Source: Idiomarina loihiensis L2TR (GTDB taxonomy: Bacteria; Pseudomonadota; Gammaproteobacteria; Enterobacterales; Alteromonadaceae). From it: a stretch of DNA of 32,000 nt. The translations under genes were made by a program, and so were the position numbers. The stretch lies in NCBI RefSeq assembly GCF_000008465.1, contig NC_006512.1, positions 960,001-992,000 on the forward strand, written 5' to 3'. Positions 26,367-32,000 of this stretch are shown piece after piece. Positions within the stretch are counted from its first letter, which is position 1, and every line of letters begins with the position of its first letter. Below the pieces are notes generated by a model that did not search any database, was not told the origin of the DNA, and worked only from the letters and a program-made list of their open reading frames with translations.

Positions 26367-27221
26367 TTAAAAGGCTGCCTGAACCGATAAATACCAACCC
26401 GTTTGATCATCCAGGCCGGCAATCGAGCCCAGATCGGTGTAGGCACCAACGACCGATACATGTTTATTCGGGAAATAAGCAACAAAAAGATCTTTCCAGT
26501 CCTGCTCTTGAGCAAAACTTAAGTTGTCCGGTTTCTGTCGGTACTCAACGCCTACAGCCCAATAACGATTAATAAACGCAGCTACGGAAGCTTCAGCCAG
26601 CCACTCGCGTCCATCTTCTTTATCGCCGCCAAAGCCCAGTAAGCCCAATTGATTAGCTTTACTTGAACGCAAAGTCAGATTAGCAACCCAGGTACGGTGG
26701 AAAGGCCCGTCTAGCCAGGCTTTTGCCGCACTGACATACCAGTCGGTGCCACTGTCATCCTGAGAGCCTACCGCCGCTGGCAACTCATAATCGTTGTTCT
26801 TCTTATGTTGTAAACCCAGGCTTATTTGCGGTAGGCCACCATAAATTAAGTCTCCTGCCAAACGTACTTTTGCACCAACAATGCTTTGGCTCAATTCGCC
26901 GCCAATAGTGGAGAGATCAAAGGTTTGTTCAGCATACGAAAGCTCAATACGGTTGTTCCAGCTCAAACTGGCGCCCTGAACACTTAAGCGGAAATCATCA
27001 ACTGAAACTTCACTTAAGTTAACCGTCGCGCCAAATTGGCCTTCACCGGCATAACTGCTTAACGTAGCCCAGGGCACTATGCCTCCGCCGCCAGAGCCTT
27101 CAAGACTACTGGTACCACCGGTCGCTAGTAATCGGGCTCCCTGATCCGCTGCTGCAGGCGGGGTTAAAGCTAGAGCACAGGTCAGCAAAAAACCGCCACC
27201 ATATAAACACTTGTTCATCAT
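26367..27221 (-). CDS. Outer-membrane beta-barrel-like protein (DUF3034-like by recollection)
   Basis: Signal peptide (...LTPPAAA|D), a Gly-rich segment LATGGTSSLEGSGGGGIVPWATL, alternating amphipathic strands and a C-terminal aromatic residue (SVQAAF), as in OMPs. Confidence 0.6.
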   Translation of the reverse strand: MMNKCLYGGGFLLTCALALTPPAAADQGARLLATGGTSSLEGSGGGGIVPWATLSSYAGEGQFGATVNLSEVSVDDFRLSVQGASLSWNNRIELSYAEQTFDLSTIGGELSQSIVGAKVRLAGDLIYGGLPQISLGLQHKKNNDYELPAAVGSQDDSGTDWYVSAAKAWLDGPFHRTWVANLTLRSSKANQLGLLGFGGDKEDGREWLAEASVAAFINRYWAVGVEYRQKPDNLSFAQEQDWKDLFVAYFPNKHVSVVGAYTDLGSIAGLDDQTGWYLSVQAAF

Positions 27222-27227
27222 TCGTTA

Positions 27228-29522
27228 TCATCCATTGGTTTCATGGTTATTTAAGTAATCTATAAAGCCTGAAATTGGTAAGGGTTTGCTAAAGAAATAG
27301 CCTTGCAACTCATCGCAATGCATCGACTGCAACACTCTCCAGCTATCCTCATTTTCCACACCTTCTGCAACGACACGAAGACCTAACTCGTGAGCTAAGT
27401 GTATGGTTGAACGAACAATAGATTTGTCCTTAGACTCCTCGCTCAAATGCTGCACAAAGGCCCGGTCTACTTTCAATTCCTCTACTGGTAAACGGCGCAA
27501 TTGTGCCAATGAGGAGTGACCGGTACCGTAGTCATCAATTGATATTGAAAACCCAAGACGCTTCAATGTTTCCAGCCGGGCAATGGCTTTTTCCGGGTCT
27601 TTCATTACCGCACTTTCTGTAATTTCCAGTACCAGTAATTTTGGCAACTCAGGAAAATCAATAATGAGTTGTTCAAACAGCAAGGGTAAGGCGTCGCTCA
27701 ATAAGTCGACGGTTGACAAATTGATGCTCAATTTTAAAGTTCGCCCCTGCTCATGCCAGCTCTGAAGCAGTTTGGCCGACTCTCTGCACACCCAGTTGGT
27801 CAACTCTGTAATGGCTCCGGATTGCTCTGCTAACGGAATAAATTCATCCGGTCCGACAAATCCGAGCTTATCACTTTGCCATCTCAACAATACCTCAGCC
27901 CCCACCAATGAACCCGTCTGGCAATTAATTTTAGGTTGCAGTACAAGATGTAGCTCCTTATCCGCTACTGCGTCTTTAAGGGACTCGATAATTTGCAGGC
28001 GCCGCATGTATTGTTCGTCCAACCCACTTTTATATTCAACATAAAAGCTCTTCTGGAGTTTGGACTGCTGAACACTGACTTGCGCGCGACGAATAAGTAA
28101 GTCGACCTCGTTGCCATGCCCAGGAAAATAAACAACACCGATATTAAAGGCCAGCCGATAATCACTGTCGCCGACTTTAAAAGGCGTATCAAGAAAAGAG
28201 TGAAGCTCTTTAATTTTGTTGTCGAGATCGAATTCGGACTTATCAGAAGCGTATAAAACAGCAAATTCGTCGCCACCGATGCGAGCCAATAATTCAGCGT
28301 TGCCACAACACCACTTCAGCCGGGCAGATAACTGACGCAGGATGTCATCACCGATTTCCTGCCCCACACTGTCGTTGAGAACTCTGAATTGATGAATATT
28401 CAACAATAACAGGCATCCGGAGCTGGTATTGCCATCTAAACGGTACTGTAACTGCTCACGGAAAAACGAACGATTCGGTAAATCGGTTAAATGGTCATGA
28501 GATGCCTGATAAGAAATTCTTTTTTCACGTTCGGAAATAGCCTTGCGCATGCTGCCAAAGGTATTCGCCAGCTCTCCGAACTCATCGTCGTTCAGCGACA
28601 ACTCGGATTCGCTGTAGTCGCCTTGCTGTAATTTCCTAGCCGCTCCCGATAACTGCTGTAACGGACGGGAAACCCCTCGGGCTATAATCGCCGCTAAAAG
28701 CATAGCTATAACCAGAGCGACAATTGCAATTAAAGCAATTTGCCAATGCAGCCGTGTGAACTCGGCGGCCGCCGTTTCAAGTGACGTTGTCAATGCCACA
28801 TGAACGGCGTCATCGGAACCGGCATCAAGCACCACTTCACTCCCCGCCAGTTCCTGGCTTAACAGCCAGTTATCAAGAGTATGACCGTCTTTGTTCAGGG
28901 CTTTTGCAAACGAGGACACTTGTCGGGCCTCCAAACTGGAAGCAATGACTTTTCCCGAGTTCTCCAGCCACAGGGTGATATCGGCATTAGCCAGGTTTTT
29001 TAACTCTTCTGCTAACCCCGAATCCACTTCAAAACCTAAGGTTGCCCAGGCAATAAGATTTGGAGCATTAACCGGTACTGTAACCAGTTGAAACAGTTCT
29101 CCTTCGACAACCGCCAGTTCACTGTTCGAGCCTGCCCCACTATGTCTAATACGTAGCTTATCAAAAGCATGAGATGATGCTATTTCTTCGCCCTCGGGAG
29201 TTTGCAGCACCATCAACTCAGCTTCAATACGCTCACCGTAATTGACCAAAGCTGACACTATGGTTTCCCGATCTTTTGAAGCCACCGCGCGTTTAAACCC
29301 AAAATCGTCGGTAAGAACTTCTGCCGCTTGCAACAACTGAGCGCTACGGCTATCCAGAAGCTCCCGGAAGACTCTTTCACTAACACTAAGCTCACGTTCA
29401 ATGGAGCGGCCTAACTGATTCTCTGTAGCGACCCAAACTGCAGCTAACGCAACCAACAAAGCGCCAGCTACAAGCCCTGCAAGGATGAGAACTAAACGGG
29501 TTCTGAACCGTGTTATCATCAA
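27228..29522 (-). CDS. Bifunctional diguanylate cyclase/phosphodiesterase: TM, ~235-aa periplasmic sensor, TM, HAMP, GGDEF, EAL
   Basis: Two hydrophobic segments (about residues 9-31 and 266-288). HAMP-like segment RPLQQLSGAARKLQQGDY. GGDEF motif RIGGDEFAVLY (28263-28277). EAL-domain residues GAEVLLRW, SINLS, LEITES, DDYGTGHSSL, KVDRAFV, VAEGVENE and QGYFFSKP. Confidence 0.9.
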   Translation of the reverse strand: MMITRFRTRLVLILAGLVAGALLVALAAVWVATENQLGRSIERELSVSERVFRELLDSRSAQLLQAAEVLTDDFGFKRAVASKDRETIVSALVNYGERIEAELMVLQTPEGEEIASSHAFDKLRIRHSGAGSNSELAVVEGELFQLVTVPVNAPNLIAWATLGFEVDSGLAEELKNLANADITLWLENSGKVIASSLEARQVSSFAKALNKDGHTLDNWLLSQELAGSEVVLDAGSDDAVHVALTTSLETAAAEFTRLHWQIALIAIVALVIAMLLAAIIARGVSRPLQQLSGAARKLQQGDYSESELSLNDDEFGELANTFGSMRKAISEREKRISYQASHDHLTDLPNRSFFREQLQYRLDGNTSSGCLLLLNIHQFRVLNDSVGQEIGDDILRQLSARLKWCCGNAELLARIGGDEFAVLYASDKSEFDLDNKIKELHSFLDTPFKVGDSDYRLAFNIGVVYFPGHGNEVDLLIRRAQVSVQQSKLQKSFYVEYKSGLDEQYMRRLQIIESLKDAVADKELHLVLQPKINCQTGSLVGAEVLLRWQSDKLGFVGPDEFIPLAEQSGAITELTNWVCRESAKLLQSWHEQGRTLKLSINLSTVDLLSDALPLLFEQLIIDFPELPKLLVLEITESAVMKDPEKAIARLETLKRLGFSISIDDYGTGHSSLAQLRRLPVEELKVDRAFVQHLSEESKDKSIVRSTIHLAHELGLRVVAEGVENEDSWRVLQSMHCDELQGYFFSKPLPISGFIDYLNNHETNG

Positions 29523-30175
29523 TTCCCTCTACGATTAAAGCGCTGTTCCAGCCGCGACGGCTCTTTATCTTTCTGCACCGGCGGTGATACTTGCACCTGC
29601 GCGGTTAGCTTCCCTGAATCTGAGGCTAATTGCACGCTCTGTGCTTTAGACAATTCGTCCCCCATCCAATAATGCCAAACCTTGATTTCAGCGGGCGGTT
29701 CTCTTTCTTCCAGATTAAGCTCCGCAATACCTTGTTCATTCGTTACAGCAACATCATATTCGTCACTTACCAACACATAGGCAACCATCTGGTCGTGAAT
29801 ATTGCACCCGAGAGTCACTATGCCAGCTTTATCAAAATTAACACTTGGCTTTTCTTTATCGGAATAAAGTTTTAACTCAAAATTCTTAGCCTCAGAAAAA
29901 GAGTAAACATGGTGTCGAATGTTATCACTGTTAGGAAAAACAACGTCAGTGCCAGGCTCTACTGCGCTAACCGTGGGCGTAAACTGCTTGTCCACCTGAT
30001 CAACTACCGCCGACTGCCCAGGCACTTTGACAGACGGCTTTTCCCTCTCAATTAATAGTGCAGCATTTGCCAACGGCTGACCATCTGCGGCCACAACCTC
30101 AACCGTTACGGTATCTGCAACTACGTTTTGAACCACAGATGCCATGAAAAAAACACCAACAAAAAATCGCTTCAC
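29519..30175 (-). CDS. Secreted cupredoxin-like protein (family often annotated 'methylamine utilization protein')
   Basis: GTG start after GGAGG. Signal peptide MKRFFVGVFFMASVVQNVVA|D. Candidate type-1 Cu ligands are His in NIRHHVYSF and C-x2-H-x2-M in LGCNIHDQM. ATGA overlap with the downstream GGDEF-EAL gene. Confidence 0.65.
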   Translation of the reverse strand: MKRFFVGVFFMASVVQNVVADTVTVEVVAADGQPLANAALLIEREKPSVKVPGQSAVVDQVDKQFTPTVSAVEPGTDVVFPNSDNIRHHVYSFSEAKNFELKLYSDKEKPSVNFDKAGIVTLGCNIHDQMVAYVLVSDEYDVAVTNEQGIAELNLEEREPPAEIKVWHYWMGDELSKAQSVQLASDSGKLTAQVQVSPPVQKDKEPSRLEQRFNRRGN

Positions 30176-30367
30176 ACAGGATCCTCCACAAAATCACCAT
30201 TGGGCGCACATCAGTCAACCGTAACCGAAAAAACGAAATTGCGCTATGATTGGAGTACGTATTAATGATCCACTATGGTTCATTATTGGTATTTGAAATA
30301 CTCAGTGGCGACATACTAATTTCGATACGAAGCTTTTACTCTTAAGCTTATGACAGGAGGGATATTC

Positions 30368-31750
30368 ATGAGTCAGGATTATCGCACAGAGAAAGACAGT
30401 ATGGGCGAGGTCAAAGTCCTCTCAAAAGCACTTTATGCTGCACAAACTCAACGCGCCGTTGATAACTTTTCCATCAGCGGGTTAACCTTACCCACTCAGT
30501 TAATACAAGCCATCGCAATGGTTAAAGCGAGTGCGGCCGGAGCAAACGCTAAAATCGGTCAGTTAGAAAAGGAACAGGCTGGCGCCATTATTAAAGCGGC
30601 TAAAGAAATCATTAACGGTCAACACTTAGAGCACTTCCCTATCGATGTATTTCAAACCGGTTCAGGCACCAGTTCCAATATGAATGTGAACGAGGTTATT
30701 GCCAATTTAGCTAAACAAAACGGTGTTGAAATTCACCCCAATGACCATGTAAACCAAAGCCAGTCAAGCAACGATGTTATACCTACCGCCATTCAGGTAG
30801 CGAGTGTGCTGGCTGTAGAAAAACAGTTAGAACCGGCTTTAAAAGGTCTTATTGACACCATTCGCAAGAAAGCCATTGAGCTACGCAATGTGGTAAAAAC
30901 CGGCAGAACCCATTTAATGGATGCCATGCCAATGACCATGGCGCAAGAACTTGAAGCCTGGGCGGGTCAGTTGGACATTACCGCTGAACAACTTCCACAG
31001 TTATTGCAGCGCAGCCGAGTTCTTCCTCAGGGCGGTACAGCAATAGGTACCGGAATAAATGCCCCTAAAGAATTCGCAGCTGAGTTTGCCGAACAGTTGA
31101 CTCAGCTTAGCGGCAGTGACTTTAAACACTCCGCGAACCCTTTTACGGGTATTGCCGGACAGGAAATCAATTTACAACTCTCGGCACAACTGAATACGCT
31201 GGCGACTACCTTACTCAAAGTCAGTAACGACTTACGCTGGATGAACAGTGGACCACTGGCGGGCTTAGGCGAAATTCAGCTAACCGCATTACAACCCGGA
31301 AGCAGTATTATGCCGGGTAAAGTGAACCCGGTTATTCCGGAAGCTGTAGCTATGGTTGCCGCTCAGGTAAATGGTAATCACACCACAATTACAACCGCAG
31401 CTCAGCAAGGCAACTTCCAGCTAAACGTTATGCTGCCGGTTATTGGCTACAACTTACTACAGTCCATTAATATACTCAGTAACAGTTGTGAAGCTCTGGC
31501 AAGCAAAGCTATTGCCGACTTCGAGGTTAATGAAGAGCGACTGCAACAAGCTTTAGCGAAAAACCCTATTCTGGTAACGGCTCTTAATCCGGTCATTGGC
31601 TACAATAAGGCCGCTGAAATTGCCAAAGTAGCTTATAAAGATGGCAGAGCCATTATCGATGTTGCTGATGAGATGACCGACTTAGGTCGTGACCGGCTGG
31701 AGCACTTGCTGGACCCGAAAAAATTAACTGAAGGTGGCGTTAGCGAATAG
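30368..31750 (+). CDS. fumC: Class II fumarate hydratase (fumarase/aspartase superfamily)
   Basis: EKDSMGEVKV...AQTQRAVDNF, QTGSGTSSNMNVNEV, SQSSNDVIPTA, GRTHLMDAMP and GSSIMPGKVNP are mostly FumC-type blocks. The start is trimmed to the ATG at 30368, after AGGAGGG. Confidence 0.85.
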   Translation: MSQDYRTEKDSMGEVKVLSKALYAAQTQRAVDNFSISGLTLPTQLIQAIAMVKASAAGANAKIGQLEKEQAGAIIKAAKEIINGQHLEHFPIDVFQTGSGTSSNMNVNEVIANLAKQNGVEIHPNDHVNQSQSSNDVIPTAIQVASVLAVEKQLEPALKGLIDTIRKKAIELRNVVKTGRTHLMDAMPMTMAQELEAWAGQLDITAEQLPQLLQRSRVLPQGGTAIGTGINAPKEFAAEFAEQLTQLSGSDFKHSANPFTGIAGQEINLQLSAQLNTLATTLLKVSNDLRWMNSGPLAGLGEIQLTALQPGSSIMPGKVNPVIPEAVAMVAAQVNGNHTTITTAAQQGNFQLNVMLPVIGYNLLQSINILSNSCEALASKAIADFEVNEERLQQALAKNPILVTALNPVIGYNKAAEIAKVAYKDGRAIIDVADEMTDLGRDRLEHLLDPKKLTEGGVSE

Positions 31751-31774
31751 CGCCTCTGGTATTTGGAGTACAAA

Positions 31775-32000
31775 ATGAGTCAACAACAAGTTTTAATTAC
31801 CGGTGCAAACCGCGGCATTGGCTACGAGTTTGCGCGCCAGTACGCTGACAAAGGCTATAAAGTTATTGCGGTTTGCCGTAACAACTCAAAGCAACTGACT
31901 GAGTTAGATGTCGATATTATTGAAGGCATTGATGTTACAAAAGCGTCAGATCTTCTTCGTCTTACGGAAAGCATCGGTGATAAAAAAATTGATGTTTTAA
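31775..32000 (+). CDS. Short-chain dehydrogenase/reductase (SDR), N-terminal fragment running off the right edge
   Basis: My own translation from the ATG at 31775 (after GGAG) gives MSQQQVLITGANRGIGYEFARQYADKGYKVIAVCRN... It carries a TGxxxGIG Rossmann motif. Confidence 0.7.
   Translation, partial: MSQQQVLITGANRGIGYEFARQYADKGYKVIAVCRNNSKQLTELDVDIIEGIDVTKASDLLRLTESIGDKKIDVL

Noticed and set aside
30263-30285. Inverted repeat taatga-N11-tcatta upstream of fumC, considered as a Fur box because fumC is iron/Fur-regulated in some bacteria
   Set aside because: Only 6-bp arms match, and the half-sites are separated by 11 nt rather than being arranged as in the 19-bp GATAATGATAATCATTATC consensus. 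AT-rich promoter DNA gives such matches by chance.

Overview
Chromosomal window from a gammaproteobacterium. Gene content and order look Alteromonadales/Idiomarina-like, but I cannot verify that without a search. About 27 kb is conserved housekeeping backbone. It holds divergent queE/queC, nagZ, an S41 lipoprotein peptidase and a TetR(PsrA-like)-fadE pair. A very tightly packed minus-strand string follows: hemA-prfA-prmC-[REC/degenerate HD-GYP regulator]-sirB2-[DUF819-like membrane protein]-kdsA-trkH. The rest of the backbone is divergent lolB-ispE-prs, then rplY-pth-ychF, a class II fumarase and the start of an SDR gene. Two accessory modules stand out. (1) The left end (1-4900) is partly AT-rich. 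It carries a translationally coupled Tad/Flp-type pilus operon in a non-canonical order: flp, tadG-like, tadE-like, two tandem leaderless paralogs of unknown function, a 63-aa Flp-sized mini-pilin, cpaB, and the cpaC start. Next to it, a ParE/RelE-type toxin-antitoxin pair is bracketed by two direct copies of the last ~39 nt of queE, which is the signature of site-specific integration into the queE 3' end. (2) At 25950-30175 a four-gene minus-strand operon encodes a secreted cupredoxin with an amicyanin-spaced type-1 Cu ligand set, a periplasmic-sensor HAMP-GGDEF-EAL enzyme, an outer-membrane barrel-like protein and a Sec-signal-bearing truncated haemoglobin. I read this as a candidate envelope redox/gas-sensing c-di-GMP module that I cannot match to a characterised system. 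I saw no rRNA, tRNA, CRISPR array, IS element or integrase. All family assignments come from reading motifs in the translations; no database search was run.
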